Source of the DNA: Armatimonadota bacterium
Lineage (GTDB): Bacteria > Armatimonadota > UBA10988
Direction of reading: 5' to 3'
DNA: 64,000 bases
Assembly: GCA_016235455.1 (NCBI GenBank)
Contig: JACRKZ010000067.1
Span: 111,732-175,731, forward strand
Positions 37,308 through 49,026 of this stretch are shown piece by piece. The position numbers were made by a program, and so were the translations under genes. The notes below the pieces were generated by a model. It searched no databases. It was not told the DNA's origin and saw only the letters and a list, made by a program, of their open reading frames with translations. Numbering within the stretch: the stretch's first letter is position 1; each line of letters starts with the position of its first letter.

Positions 37308-38645
37308 CTAGACCTCCCAGCCGGGCCGATAGGTGCGGCCGACGTACTGGTTGAGTTCGGGCGCGTTGGTGCAGGTCATCTTCTCGACGTCCCACTCCAC
37401 CTTCTTGCCGACGCCGGCGCGCTGGGCCAGGTGGCCGGTCAGCGCGAAGGCCGTCAGCGGCGCCGCGGCATCGACGAAGTTGGAGACGGGCACGCCGTCG
37501 TTCTTGATGCACCAGAACAGGTCCTCAATGGGACCGCCATGGGCGCGCGGCAGGGTCTTGGGCGGCGCCTCGAAGTCCTTGCCCCGCTCGATGGGCAGGA
37601 TGCGGGCCTGGCCGGCGGTGCCGCCGGTCATGAAGTAGCCCTTGCCGCCGATGTAGTAGGTCTCCTCGCCAATCTTCAGGTCGCAGTCCTTGGCGATCTG
37701 CTTCATGACGAGCGGCGCCAGTCCGGCGTGGTCGTAGACATACGACTCGAGCGCCGGCATATCGCCACGCGCGGGGATGGTGTACTTGACGATGTTGTCC
37801 TGGCCCCACATCTCTTCCGAGCCGCCGTTGGTGTTGAGGCACTCGATGGTGTAGGTCTTGGCCTCGGCCACCTTCAGCGCGAAGAACAGGCAGTCGAGGT
37901 TGTGGCAGGCCATGTCGCCGATGGTTCCGGTGCCGAAATCACGCCACTTGCGCCAGTTGAACGGGTGCAGGTCGTCGTGGAAGTCGCGGAGGGGCGCCGG
38001 TCCAATCCACTCGTCCCAATGCAGGCCCGCGGGGACCGGCTTGCTGGCCGGGCGCTTGCCGGTACCGCCGAAGTTGCGGCCCAGGATGGTGTGGGTCTGC
38101 GCCACGCCGCCGATGCAGCCGGCCTGCAGGTACTCGCAGGCGATGCGCAGGCTTTCGCCCGTGTGGCCCTGGTTGCCCATCTGGGTCAGGACCTTCTTCG
38201 CCTTGGCGGCCTTGGCCAGCTCATAGCACTCGCGGATGTTATGGCCCATGGGCTTCTGCACGAAGACGTGCTTGCCCGCGTTGATGGCGCGAATGGCGGC
38301 CGGCGCGTGGTGGTGGTCCGGCGTGGAGATGAGCACAACGTCGATATCGTTGGCGCACTCATCGAGCATCTTGCGGTAGTCGTAGTAGCCCTTGGGCGCC
38401 TGCTTGCCGCGGTCGGTGGCCTTCTTGATGGACTCGGCCAGCCGCGCGTCGTCGACATCGACGAAGGCCACGGGCACTTCCTCGATGGCCTTGTCGGTGG
38501 CGTAGCCGCCCATACCGCCCGAGCCCACCACGGCGCAGCGCAGCTTGTCGCCTGGCGCGGCCTTGGCACGACTGCCCACCATGGCCACTCCGGCCAGCAG
38601 CGTGGCCCGAGCCATGAAATCCCTTCGGGTTGTCGAATCGCTCAT
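37308..38645 (-). CDS. Tat-exported Gfo/Idh/MocA-family oxidoreductase
   Basis: TRRDFM Tat motif; VVGSGGMG, STPDHHHA, HVFVQKP, TQMGNQG, GDMACH. Confidence 0.92.
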   Translation of the reverse strand: MSDSTTRRDFMARATLLAGVAMVGSRAKAAPGDKLRCAVVGSGGMGGYATDKAIEEVPVAFVDVDDARLAESIKKATDRGKQAPKGYYDYRKMLDECANDIDVVLISTPDHHHAPAAIRAINAGKHVFVQKPMGHNIRECYELAKAAKAKKVLTQMGNQGHTGESLRIACEYLQAGCIGGVAQTHTILGRNFGGTGKRPASKPVPAGLHWDEWIGPAPLRDFHDDLHPFNWRKWRDFGTGTIGDMACHNLDCLFFALKVAEAKTYTIECLNTNGGSEEMWGQDNIVKYTIPARGDMPALESYVYDHAGLAPLVMKQIAKDCDLKIGEETYYIGGKGYFMTGGTAGQARILPIERGKDFEAPPKTLPRAHGGPIEDLFWCIKNDGVPVSNFVDAAAPLTAFALTGHLAQRAGVGKKVEWDVEKMTCTNAPELNQYVGRTYRPGWEV

Positions 38646-38775
38646 GCGCGAACTCCTATACACTCAGGAACGTACCTTCGACAGAGCGACGCGCTCTCCT
38701 TCGAGCCGCGTCGAGCGGAAGTTGGCCCGGTAGCGCTGCCGCCCCGATTAGCGCGGCTTGCTTGGAGCGTGGGAC

Positions 38776-40737
38776 ATGGCCGTTATGCATCGCGCACGAC
38801 TCGTCTGTTGGATGATCCTGGTCAGTTGTCTGGCCACCTCGGCCTGGGCCGTCTCGCCCCGAGCCGAGTCCGCCGCCAAAGAGGGCTGGCGGCTGCGCGA
38901 GGAGGGTCGCTACGCCGAGTCACTCAAGCACTTCGACCGGGCCCTCGACGAAGACGTGCACTACGCCTACGCCTGGCAGGGCAAGGGCGCCTCGCTGGCC
39001 AACCTGGGCTACTACAAAGAGGCCGTCACGATGTACGACCAGGCCCTGAGCATCGCGCCGCAGAACACCTGGACGCTCATCGAACGCGGCAACGCTCTGC
39101 GCGCGCTGCGCCGCTGGCCCGAGGCCGACCGCTCCTACGACCGCGCGCTCGCCATCGACCCCAAGGCGGCCTATGCCTGGAACGGCAAGGGCACGGTGCG
39201 CGCCGACCAGCAGGACCAGACCGGCGCGCTGTCGGCTTACGATCGCGCGTTGGCCATCAACCCCGACAACGCGATCGTGCTGCGCAACCGCGCGCTGGCC
39301 CTGCGGGCGCTGCGCCGCCTCGACGAGGCGTTGGCCGCGGTCGACCGCTCGCTCGACATCGCGCCCCGTGACTCCGCCACGCTGACCACACGAGGCAACG
39401 TACTCAGCGCGCTGGGCCGCGCCGAAGAGGGGCTGGCCGCCTACGAGATGGCGCTCGACATCGCGCCCAACTCGGCCGTCGCGTGGCGCAGCAAGGGCCT
39501 CAACCTGCGGCGGCTGAAGCAGGACGAACTGGCCCTCGTGGCCTACGACCGCGCGCTGCAACTCGAACCCAAGAGCGCGCGCGGCCATTGTGGCCGGGCC
39601 AACGTGTTGCTCAGCCTGGGCCGCTACGAAGAAGCCCGACTGGCCTTCACCAAGGCGCTCGAGATCGCGCCCGGCGATGCCAGCGCCAACGACGGCAAGG
39701 GCAACGCCCTGGCCTGGCTCAAGCGCTTTGCCGAAGCCAAGCTGTTCTATGATCGCGCCCGCGAACTCGACCCGCTGGTCGGCCAGTCCCACGACTGGTA
39801 TCTGCGCGGCGTCGACCTGCAGCGCCGGGGCGAACTCGCCGCGGCCCGCGAGGCCTATCAGCAGGCCGCCGACAATGACTATGAGGATGCCTGGCGCGCG
39901 CTGCTGCCGCTGCTGCGCTCGGGCGGCGGCCCGGTGGCGCAGTGGATGCGCAGTGCTCGCAACGCTGACCTGACCTACTGCGTCGGCCCCGTGCGCCCGG
40001 TCGCCAACGAGGCGGCCTGTCAGGTGATCTTCCGCAACGCCGGCTCGCCCATGCTGCGCGTGGTGTGGCATTCAGCCGCTGGCCAGCGCATCACGCACGT
40101 GCCCGGCAAGGGCAGCGCGGGGCTTGGTGTCACCTTCGCGGTCGGCATCCCGGTAGGTTTCGGCATCGACACCGTGGAGATACCGCGCGGGCTGGTCGAC
40201 GTCTCGATGGCCGCGCGACGGGCCAGTTCGGCGGCGTTGGTCGACGCGGTGCAGCGCGGCCGACTGTCGGCCTGGCAGTTGCGGCGGCTGTGGGAGCTGG
40301 TGGCCACGGGCACGCTGGAGACGCGGTCGCAGTCGGCGCGACACGACACGGATGGCAACCTGACGCGCGCGCCGCGGCCGTCGATCAGGCCCGCCACGGC
40401 CGATCTGCTTCGGCAACTGGCGCCGCACTTCGCCGCGCTCGACCGCGACGTGTGGGGGCGCGAACTGGGCCGCGAAGCCGTCTGGCAAGCCGACGTGATG
40501 CTGCAGAACGTGCAAGCGGCCGATCCCGTGGACGAGGGTGTGATCCTCACCATCACGGCCTGGGACACGGCCAAAGGCCAGGGTCAGGCGCGCGTCTACG
40601 ACGAGTACGAACCCGATGACGACCCGCGACCGATGCCGTTCGCGCTGTATGACGGCAGCGGCCGGCGGCTCGACCAGCCGTTCACCTGGTTGCGCCCGCT
40701 CGATGGCGAGGCGGCCCGACTACTCGCGGACGAGTAG
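38776..40737 (+). CDS. secreted tetratricopeptide repeat protein with unknown C-terminal domain
   Basis: Signal peptide; about nine TPR units (AW.GKG..L..LG...EA...YD.AL.I.P). Confidence 0.85.
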   Translation: MAVMHRARLVCWMILVSCLATSAWAVSPRAESAAKEGWRLREEGRYAESLKHFDRALDEDVHYAYAWQGKGASLANLGYYKEAVTMYDQALSIAPQNTWTLIERGNALRALRRWPEADRSYDRALAIDPKAAYAWNGKGTVRADQQDQTGALSAYDRALAINPDNAIVLRNRALALRALRRLDEALAAVDRSLDIAPRDSATLTTRGNVLSALGRAEEGLAAYEMALDIAPNSAVAWRSKGLNLRRLKQDELALVAYDRALQLEPKSARGHCGRANVLLSLGRYEEARLAFTKALEIAPGDASANDGKGNALAWLKRFAEAKLFYDRARELDPLVGQSHDWYLRGVDLQRRGELAAAREAYQQAADNDYEDAWRALLPLLRSGGGPVAQWMRSARNADLTYCVGPVRPVANEAACQVIFRNAGSPMLRVVWHSAAGQRITHVPGKGSAGLGVTFAVGIPVGFGIDTVEIPRGLVDVSMAARRASSAALVDAVQRGRLSAWQLRRLWELVATGTLETRSQSARHDTDGNLTRAPRPSIRPATADLLRQLAPHFAALDRDVWGRELGREAVWQADVMLQNVQAADPVDEGVILTITAWDTAKGQGQARVYDEYEPDDDPRPMPFALYDGSGRRLDQPFTWLRPLDGEAARLLADE

Positions 40738-40752
40738 CCGGGCGCGCCGGCG

Positions 40753-42192
40753 CTAGACCGGCATGCCTTCCATCACCCGCTCGCCAAACCGGCGGCCGGG
40801 CAGCAGCACCTTGCCGGGGTTGAGCACATCGCGCGGGTCGAGCACCTGCTTGATGGTGCGCATCATGGTCAGCGTGGCGTCGTTGTACTGCCGCGCCAGG
40901 AAGGGCATCTTCACGGTGCCGGTGCCGTGCTCACCGGAGATGGTGCCGCCCAGCCGCAGCGCGCCGTCGAACATCTCGGTGAAGGCCTGCTCCACCCGCG
41001 CGATCTCGTCGTGGTCGCGCTCGTCGGTGAGGAACGTCGGGTGCAGGTTGCCGTCGCCGGCATGGCCGAAAGTGCCCACCCGCAGGTTGTACTTGCGCGC
41101 GCACGCCTCGATGATGTCGATCATCTCGGGCAAAGCACTACGGGGTACGGTGGCGTCCTCGAGAATGGTGGTCGGCTTGACCCGCGCCAGCGCCGTGAAC
41201 GCCACGCGCCGCGCGGCGGCCATGCGCAACGCCTCGGCCTCGTCCTTGGCCAGCGAGAACTCCAGCGCGCCGCACTCTCGGCACACCGCCATGACCGTCT
41301 CGGCCTCGTCGGCCACCTGGCCGGGATGGCCATCGACCTCGATCAGCAGCAGCGCGCCATAGCTGGTGTTGAGGCCCAGCTTGGCGTAGGCCTCCACGCA
41401 CTCCATGGTGACCTGGTCGAGGAACTCGACCGTGGCGGGAATGACCCGGCGGGCGATGATGGCGCTGACCGCCTCGGCGGCGCCGCGCATGTTGGCGAAG
41501 TAGGCCACCATGGTCTTCTTGGCCGCCGGCTTGGGGATGAGCTTGAGCAGCGCCTTGGTGAAGATGCCCAGCGTGCCCTCGCTGCCGATGAACAGGTGCT
41601 TGAGATCGTAGCCCGCGGCGTCCTTGACGCATTTGTTGCCGGACCAGATCACCTCGCCATTGGGCAGCACCACTTCGATGCCCATGACGTAGTCCTTGGT
41701 CAGCCCGTACTTGAGCCCACGCAGGCCGCCCGAGTTCTCGGCGATGTTGCCACCCAACGTCGAGACCTTGCCGCTGCCGGGGTCCGGCGGGTAGAACAGA
41801 CCGCGCGACTCCACCTCGGTGTGCAGCGTCTGCGTGATGACGCCGGGCTCGACCATCGCGGTCAGATTGGCCTCGTCGATCTCCAGGATGCGGTTGAGCC
41901 GCGTCAGCACGAGCACCACCGCATCGTCGACCGGCACGGAGCCGCCGCTCAGTCCGCTGCCGGCACCGCGCGGAATGACCTTGAAGTCGAGTTCGTTGGC
42001 CAGCCGCATGATCGGCGCGATCTGCGCCGCATCGGTGATATCCACCACCGCGCGCGGCGAGTGATGCACCATCGCCGTGCCGTCATAGCCGTAGACATAC
42101 ATGTCCTCGGGGCTGGTCAGCACCTGCTGCGCACCAGCCACGCCGGCCAATGCGTCGATCACCTCGGGCCGCCATCGACTGCTCATGGTCAT
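40753..42192 (-). CDS. glcD: FAD-linked oxidase, glycolate oxidase subunit GlcD-like
   Basis: PRGAGSGLSGG, FYPPDPGS, GGLRGLKYGLT, GSEGTLG, GHAGDGNLHP, ISGEHG, LNPGK. Confidence 0.85.
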   Translation of the reverse strand: MTMSSRWRPEVIDALAGVAGAQQVLTSPEDMYVYGYDGTAMVHHSPRAVVDITDAAQIAPIMRLANELDFKVIPRGAGSGLSGGSVPVDDAVVLVLTRLNRILEIDEANLTAMVEPGVITQTLHTEVESRGLFYPPDPGSGKVSTLGGNIAENSGGLRGLKYGLTKDYVMGIEVVLPNGEVIWSGNKCVKDAAGYDLKHLFIGSEGTLGIFTKALLKLIPKPAAKKTMVAYFANMRGAAEAVSAIIARRVIPATVEFLDQVTMECVEAYAKLGLNTSYGALLLIEVDGHPGQVADEAETVMAVCRECGALEFSLAKDEAEALRMAAARRVAFTALARVKPTTILEDATVPRSALPEMIDIIEACARKYNLRVGTFGHAGDGNLHPTFLTDERDHDEIARVEQAFTEMFDGALRLGGTISGEHGTGTVKMPFLARQYNDATLTMMRTIKQVLDPRDVLNPGKVLLPGRRFGERVMEGMPV

Positions 42193-42383
42193 CCTCTCGC
42201 GCGCGCCGCCGTTGCCGCGGCCGAATCGTGCGCTCATGGTGACGATTCAGCGCCGTATGTCAAGTACCTGCCCGCAAGCGGAACAACCGTTCGCCCTCGA
42301 CTGTCTAACGGTGCGTTTGGCGATTTTCGCGGATGAGTGCGATGTTTTGGGGGTCAAGCGTCACAGTGTAGGGTGAGGAGCCG

Positions 42384-44009
42384 ATGGTGATGAGCAAGCA
42401 ACGACAAGCGGCGGTAGCCGCAATCGTGATGAGCCTGCTGCTCGCGGGATGCCGCCAGAGCGGCACGGCGCAGCGCACGGCACCGGCAACGGTGGCGCCG
42501 GCGGCGGATACGGCCAAGGCGATGGTGCCGCACGCGGCATCGAGCGGGGCGCTGGCCGCCATGGAAGGCACGCTGCAGAACGTCTACGCGACGCTGAACA
42601 AATCCGTGGTCAACATCCAGGTCCTGCAGAAGGCCCGGCCCATGGACCAGAACGTCCCCGGCCTGGGCCAGTTCGGTCCGTTCAACGGGCCCATGGGGCC
42701 TGGCGGCCAACCGCGCGGCTTCGCGCGGCAGGGCAGCGGTTCGGGCTTCGTGTGGGACACCAAGGGTCACATCATCACCAACAACCATGTGGTGGCCGAG
42801 GCGGACAAGATCCGCGTGACCTTCAACGACGGCACGATGGTCTCGGCCAAGGTGGTTGGCTCCGATCCGGACAGCGATTTGGCCGTGGTCAAGGTGGAGC
42901 TGGGCGCCGACCGGCTGGCACCGGTCACGCTGGCCGACAGCACGCAGGTCAAGGTGGGGCAGATGGCCATCGCCATCGGCAACCCGTTCGGCCTGGAAGG
43001 CACGATGACCGTGGGCTTCGTCAGCGCGCTCGGCCGCCTGCTGCCGACGCAGAGCAACGGCGACCAGCCCAACTACAATATCCCTGACGTCCTGCAGACC
43101 GACGCGCCAATCAACCCCGGCAACTCGGGCGGTGTGCTGGCCGACAGCGGCGGCAACATCATCGGCGTGACCTCGGCGATCATCTCGCCGGCGGGCGCCA
43201 GCGCGGGCATCGGCTTCGCCATTCCGTCGGCGGTGGTGGCCAAGGTCGTGCCGACGTTGATCACCAAGGGCCGCTATGAGCATCCCTATCTGGGCATCGT
43301 CGGTCTGACCCTCAACCCCGATCTGGCCAAGGCCATGGGCCTCAAGACCGACCAGCGCGGCGGCCTGGTCTCCGAAGTCGTGCCGGGTAGCCCGGCGGAC
43401 AAGGCCGGCGTGCGCGGCAGCGACCGCAAGGCCGATCTTGATGGCGACCAGATCAGCGTCGGCGGGGACGTCATCACGGCGCTGGACGACAAGGCCATCC
43501 GCTCGTTCGACGACGTGGTCACCGAACTGGCGCGCACGGGCGAAGTGGGTAAGACCATAACGCTGACCGTGCTGCGCGGCGGCAAGACCGAGAAGCTGCC
43601 CATCCAGCTGTCGGCGCGCCCCAACCACGGCAGCGACGACACGGCGGCCAAGCCGACAGCGGCGGAAGGCGGCAACGGCGTCAAGCTGGGCATCGTGGCC
43701 GGCACCCTGACCCCGGAAGTGGCCAAGGCCATGGGCCTGAAGGAGACGCAGAAGGGCGTGCTGGTGCAGGCGGTGGATAGCGGTTCGGCGGCCGACAAGG
43801 CCAGCCTGCGTGGCAGCTTCAAGCCGCTGCCCGGCGACCGCGACACCAAGGTCGGCGGCGACATCATCGTCGCGCTCGACGGCAAGGCGATCGACGACCT
43901 GCCCGGCCTGCAGACGCTGCTGACACAGGTCAAGCCGGGTGGCACGGCGACCTTGTCCGTGCTGCGCGACGGCAAGAAGGTTGACGTCAAGGTCACCTTC
44001 GGACAATAG
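42384..44009 (+). CDS. HtrA/DegP-family serine protease, lipoprotein, two PDZ domains
   Basis: Lipobox LLAGC; GSGSGF, TNNHVV, DLAVVK, QTDAPINPGNSGG; two PDZ domains. Confidence 0.93.
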   Translation: MVMSKQRQAAVAAIVMSLLLAGCRQSGTAQRTAPATVAPAADTAKAMVPHAASSGALAAMEGTLQNVYATLNKSVVNIQVLQKARPMDQNVPGLGQFGPFNGPMGPGGQPRGFARQGSGSGFVWDTKGHIITNNHVVAEADKIRVTFNDGTMVSAKVVGSDPDSDLAVVKVELGADRLAPVTLADSTQVKVGQMAIAIGNPFGLEGTMTVGFVSALGRLLPTQSNGDQPNYNIPDVLQTDAPINPGNSGGVLADSGGNIIGVTSAIISPAGASAGIGFAIPSAVVAKVVPTLITKGRYEHPYLGIVGLTLNPDLAKAMGLKTDQRGGLVSEVVPGSPADKAGVRGSDRKADLDGDQISVGGDVITALDDKAIRSFDDVVTELARTGEVGKTITLTVLRGGKTEKLPIQLSARPNHGSDDTAAKPTAAEGGNGVKLGIVAGTLTPEVAKAMGLKETQKGVLVQAVDSGSAADKASLRGSFKPLPGDRDTKVGGDIIVALDGKAIDDLPGLQTLLTQVKPGGTATLSVLRDGKKVDVKVTFGQ

Positions 44010-44027
44010 CGCGTGGAGGCTTGCGCC

Positions 44028-44597
44028 ATGGACCAGACCCCGCAGCCGAGTCGCGGCTCCCGCATGAGGGCCGGCTTCGAGTGGAGTCTGTGGCAGAGCC
44101 GATGGATGGCGTTGGTGGCGGTCGTGGCCAGCCTGGCCCTGGCCGTCACCATCTGCCTCATGGCCACGGTCGACGTGGTCCGTCTGGTGGGCACACTGCC
44201 TGACTACTTTGGCGCGGCGGCCAGTCAGCGCGACCTGCTGCGCCTTTCGCTGACCAGCGAGGCCATCAAGGCACTCGACAGCTACCTGTTGGCCGTCATT
44301 CTGCTGATCTTCGGTCTCGGCCTCTATGAGCTGTTCATCGACAAGATCGACGCGGCCGAGGGCAGTGCCGTCGCCAGTCGGCTGCTGCTCATCCGGAGCC
44401 TCGACGACCTGAAGCACCGCCTGGCCAACGTGGTGCTGCTCAAGCTGATGGTCACCTTCTTCCAGGCGGCGCTCAAGCTACGCTACGAGACGGCCACTGA
44501 CCTGCTGGAACTGGCCGGCGGCATCGCGTTGATGGGCCTGGCGCTCTACCTCACTGGACGAAGCGGCCACGGACCTTCGGCCGACGGACCCGCTTGA
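44028..44597 (+). CDS. YqhA (UPF0114) family membrane protein
   Basis: LW.SRW, D.YLLAVILLIFGLGLYELFI.KID, SLDDLK. Confidence 0.85.
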   Translation: MDQTPQPSRGSRMRAGFEWSLWQSRWMALVAVVASLALAVTICLMATVDVVRLVGTLPDYFGAAASQRDLLRLSLTSEAIKALDSYLLAVILLIFGLGLYELFIDKIDAAEGSAVASRLLLIRSLDDLKHRLANVVLLKLMVTFFQAALKLRYETATDLLELAGGIALMGLALYLTGRSGHGPSADGPA

Positions 44598-46659
44598 GCG
44601 TCTGTGGCAGATGCCGCCCGGCGAGCTCGATGAACTGCACCCGCTCGTGGTCGAGTGCACCGAGCTCATAGCGCACGCACTCATAGCCTTCGGCCACGGG
44701 GGTCAGGTCGGCCAGGTAGTCGGCGCCGGGATCCTGCACCCGCAGGCGTTCGAGGTGCTCCCGTGGCGTCTCGTGGCGGCGACGCTGCCGACCCACGCGG
44801 GCCAGCGCCAACTGCGCGCGATGGTAGGTGAGTTCCACACGGCCGGCCGGTGACGGCTGGAACCGCGGCCAGGCCTTGCGCCACTCGTTGAGCACGTAGA
44901 GCAGCAGCCACAGGCCCATCAGGCCCATCACCACCACCGGCCAGCGCAGCCGTAACAGGCGGGCCAGGCGGGCCTGGAGCTCGGCGGTCTTGGCGTAGTC
45001 GCCCTGCCCCTGCACCGCCGGGTTGAACGGGATCCAGCCGAGCCCCTGGAAGTGCAGTTCGGCCCAAGCGTGCGCCTGCGCCACGGTGACCAGGTAGCGC
45101 CCGTCGGCCTGTGGCTTGCCCGTGGCATAGCCCGAGGCCACGCGCGCCGGAATGCCGTTGGCGCGCGCCAGCAGCACCATGGCCGAGGCGATCAGGTCGC
45201 AGGCGCCACGCTTCTCGTCGAGGAACCAGTTCATCACGCTGCCATCGGACTCCGGCGCCCGGACCACCGCATCGTAGGTGATGGTGCGCTCGAGGTAGTC
45301 CTGGATGGCGCGCGCCACGTCGTACGGCCCCTTGTGGCCGATCGCCAGGCGCCTGGCTAGCGGCTCGATGGCCCCCGCCGAGGAGACGGGCAGATTGAGG
45401 CACTCGCCATCCGGGAAGTCCTTCTCGAACGGCGCCGACTTGAGGTCATCCTGCGTCGGGTCGGGGATGGACGAGAGCAGACGGATCTGCTGACCCACCA
45501 CCAGCGGCACACGGAGGTCGCCGTCGGGCAACAGTGGCCCACCCCGCTGGCCCGTCAGGGCGGGGCTCACCCAGGTGACCAGCGGCGCGGCGGCCAGTTC
45601 GGTGTTGGCCAAAGCCTGGATGTCCTGGGTCACCTCGCGGCGCCGACGCCAGGTGCGGCTTTCGACCACGTTGGGCTCGATGAGCATGGCACCCGTGCTC
45701 AGCGACCGCCCCACACGGCGTTCATCGCCCTTGGTCCTGCTCCACTGCCGGCCGCTGAAATGGTTGTAGACACGTCGCCGCCAGAGCAGCGGCTCACGGC
45801 AGGCCACCACCATCAATGGAGTCTCGGGTGGCAGGCCACCGCCGGTGCCCACGACCATGTCCTCGCCCATGGCGGCGAACCCGCCCACGGTCTTGGTCGA
45901 GCCGGCCAGGCCCGGAGGCATGCGCACGCCGGGTACCATGAGCCGAGGCATCACCGTCTGCAGCGTGGCGCCCATGAGGATGCCGATCACCGCGGTCAGT
46001 GCCACGGTCAGGCCGGAGACGATGAACTGGTCACCCAGCCAGCGCGCCAACTGCTCGCCGTCGGGTCGGCGGCCGTGCCGCTGGGAGCCGGTGCGGCCGG
46101 CGGTGTAGTGCGTCAGGCCCATGTTGCTGAGCATGAGCACATTGCCCAACAGGAACGGCAGGAAGGCCACGCCGACCTCGGGGTTGACGTTGTCGGTGCC
46201 CATCAGGCCCATCATGGCTACACCGAGGACCGAGGCGAAGGCCACCAGCCCATCGCTGAACATGGTCAGGCTGTGCAGCGTCATGGCCCAGACGAACACC
46301 GTGCCGATGGCCCACTCCTCCTGGCCGGATGTGCCACCGGGGAAGAGCACGGTCAACGGACCCCAGCCAATCGCCGCGGGCACCAGGACCAGCATGAACA
46401 GCAGTCGGCCGATGTTCAGCAGTGGGACCGCGCCCTTCTCGACCAGCGGCCACCAGGACCGGTCGGTGCAGCCGCGCAGCGTGAAGCTGCCCAGATAGCC
46501 CAGCGTGGTGGCCAGGGCCAGAGCCGTGGTCTGACCGGTGGCGCCGATGGTCTGGCCGACCACATAGATCCAGCTCATGCTCGCCACCCAGCCGCCCAGG
46601 TAGGTCGGCAGATCGGCGCGACGCCCGAGACTGGCGATGAGCACGGCTCGCAGGTTCAC
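44551..46659 (-). CDS. membrane transglutaminase-like domain protein (TgpA/DUF3488-DUF4129 type)
   Basis: Multiple TM helices; GACDLIASAMVLLARANGIPARVASGY; AHAWAE; GWIPFNP; ETPRE. Confidence 0.85.
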   Translation of the reverse strand: MNLRAVLIASLGRRADLPTYLGGWVASMSWIYVVGQTIGATGQTTALALATTLGYLGSFTLRGCTDRSWWPLVEKGAVPLLNIGRLLFMLVLVPAAIGWGPLTVLFPGGTSGQEEWAIGTVFVWAMTLHSLTMFSDGLVAFASVLGVAMMGLMGTDNVNPEVGVAFLPFLLGNVLMLSNMGLTHYTAGRTGSQRHGRRPDGEQLARWLGDQFIVSGLTVALTAVIGILMGATLQTVMPRLMVPGVRMPPGLAGSTKTVGGFAAMGEDMVVGTGGGLPPETPLMVVACREPLLWRRRVYNHFSGRQWSRTKGDERRVGRSLSTGAMLIEPNVVESRTWRRRREVTQDIQALANTELAAAPLVTWVSPALTGQRGGPLLPDGDLRVPLVVGQQIRLLSSIPDPTQDDLKSAPFEKDFPDGECLNLPVSSAGAIEPLARRLAIGHKGPYDVARAIQDYLERTITYDAVVRAPESDGSVMNWFLDEKRGACDLIASAMVLLARANGIPARVASGYATGKPQADGRYLVTVAQAHAWAELHFQGLGWIPFNPAVQGQGDYAKTAELQARLARLLRLRWPVVVMGLMGLWLLLYVLNEWRKAWPRFQPSPAGRVELTYHRAQLALARVGRQRRRHETPREHLERLRVQDPGADYLADLTPVAEGYECVRYELGALDHERVQFIELAGRHLPQTLKRVRRPKVRGRFVQ

Positions 46660-46675
46660 AGCGGCACCTACCTCC

Positions 46676-48075
46676 TCAGACAGTGTGGCGCAACCCCGCC
46701 GCGACCGCGCCGCGCGCCACCATGAAGGCACTGGCGCCCGTGGCTTTGGCGGCGCCGATGAAGCCCATCGACGGCACCACATCGGCTGGCACGCCACGAT
46801 AGCCGCGCGGGTCGAGGTAGGCCAGGCTGATGCTGCGCCGCCGCCGCGCCAACTCGGTCAGCGCGGCCAGAACCGCACCGCCCTCAGCCGGTGGCCGGCC
46901 CTGCTCAAAGGCGTCCATCAGCGGGTCGGCGACGACCGCTGGCTCCTCGGCGATCGGTCCAACGAACAACTCGTAGAGGAACCGGCCGATCTTCTGCCCG
47001 CGCGTGGGACCCTCGGGCTCGCTCTCGACAGCGGCCTCGACGTGCCTGCGCTCCGGCCAGGGCGCGGAGGAGATGGCGAACATGCGCGTGCCCGCGGGCG
47101 CCAACTCGCCGGCAGCCAGCAGCGTCTCCGCAAACGGCCGGGTGGCATTGGGCTCCACCACCGCCAGTCGCTCGAAGAACTCCAGCAGCGCCTGCCGGTC
47201 GTCGGTCAGCGGCAGCAGGATGGGCGGGTCGGCATCCACGAACAGTCCCACGGCGCTGCCGTGCTCCAGTTCGTGGCGGATCAGCGAGGCGGCCAGCGTC
47301 ACACCCGTCTCGAAGGTGGTGTCGCGGTCGGTGCCCAGGACTGCATCGGGGCTGGCGTCGAGCACGATGAACAGGTTGCTGGAGGTGGGCTCCTCGTACT
47401 CCACGACGATCGGCTTGCCCAGCCGCGCGGTGCTCGGCCAGTGGATGCGTCGCAGGTCGTCGCCGGGCCGGTACTCGCGGGTGTGGCGGAAGTCCGTGCC
47501 GTCATGCGTGCGATGGTCGGACACAGCAGCCACCAGCTTGGTTCCGGTCAGCGTGTCGGCGGACAACTGCACCGTCTCGGGGTAGACGATGACCTCGTCG
47601 GCCGGGCCCACGGCGCGGTGTGCGCCGAACAGGTCGAAGGTGTCCACCGCGGTCGCCTGCACCGCGGGCAGCCGGTAGCGGCCGCGCACGCGCGCGGTGA
47701 TGGGATAGCGGTAGCAGAACGGCTCGCCCCACAGCATCGGCACCACGCAGTTGGGCGGCTGCTCGTGGTCGCCTTCCAGCCCCGGCGGCAGCTCCTCGTC
47801 GATGAGCAGCAAGGCCTTGGGCAGCTTGGCGTCGTTGACCACGCGGAGCTCGATCTCGCTGCGTTCGCCCGGCCACAGGCGAGCCGGCACGCGCCGCTCG
47901 GCGCGTACGGTGCGCAGGCCCATGGAGGCAAACGCATAGCTCACTACCGGCGCCGCCACCAGCACCGAGGCCATGAAGAACAGATTGGGCAGCCGGAAGA
48001 GCAGCGCCACCAGGAAGATGAACAGGGCGCCGAACATGACCGTGACGAACCGCGTGCTGCGTCGGCCCGCAAGCA

Positions 48076-48076
<1 letters not shown>
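46676..48076 (-). CDS. DUF58 domain protein
   Basis: RGRYRL, D.FDLF, REYRPGDDLRRIHWPSTAR; downstream of moxR. Confidence 0.9.
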
Positions 48077-49020
<944 letters not shown>

Positions 49021-49026
49021 CGGTCC

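Noticed and set aside
37257-39371. 704-aa plus-strand ORF abutting tetR
   Set aside because: Antisense to the Gfo/Idh/MocA gene and out of frame with the TPR gene; no motifs.
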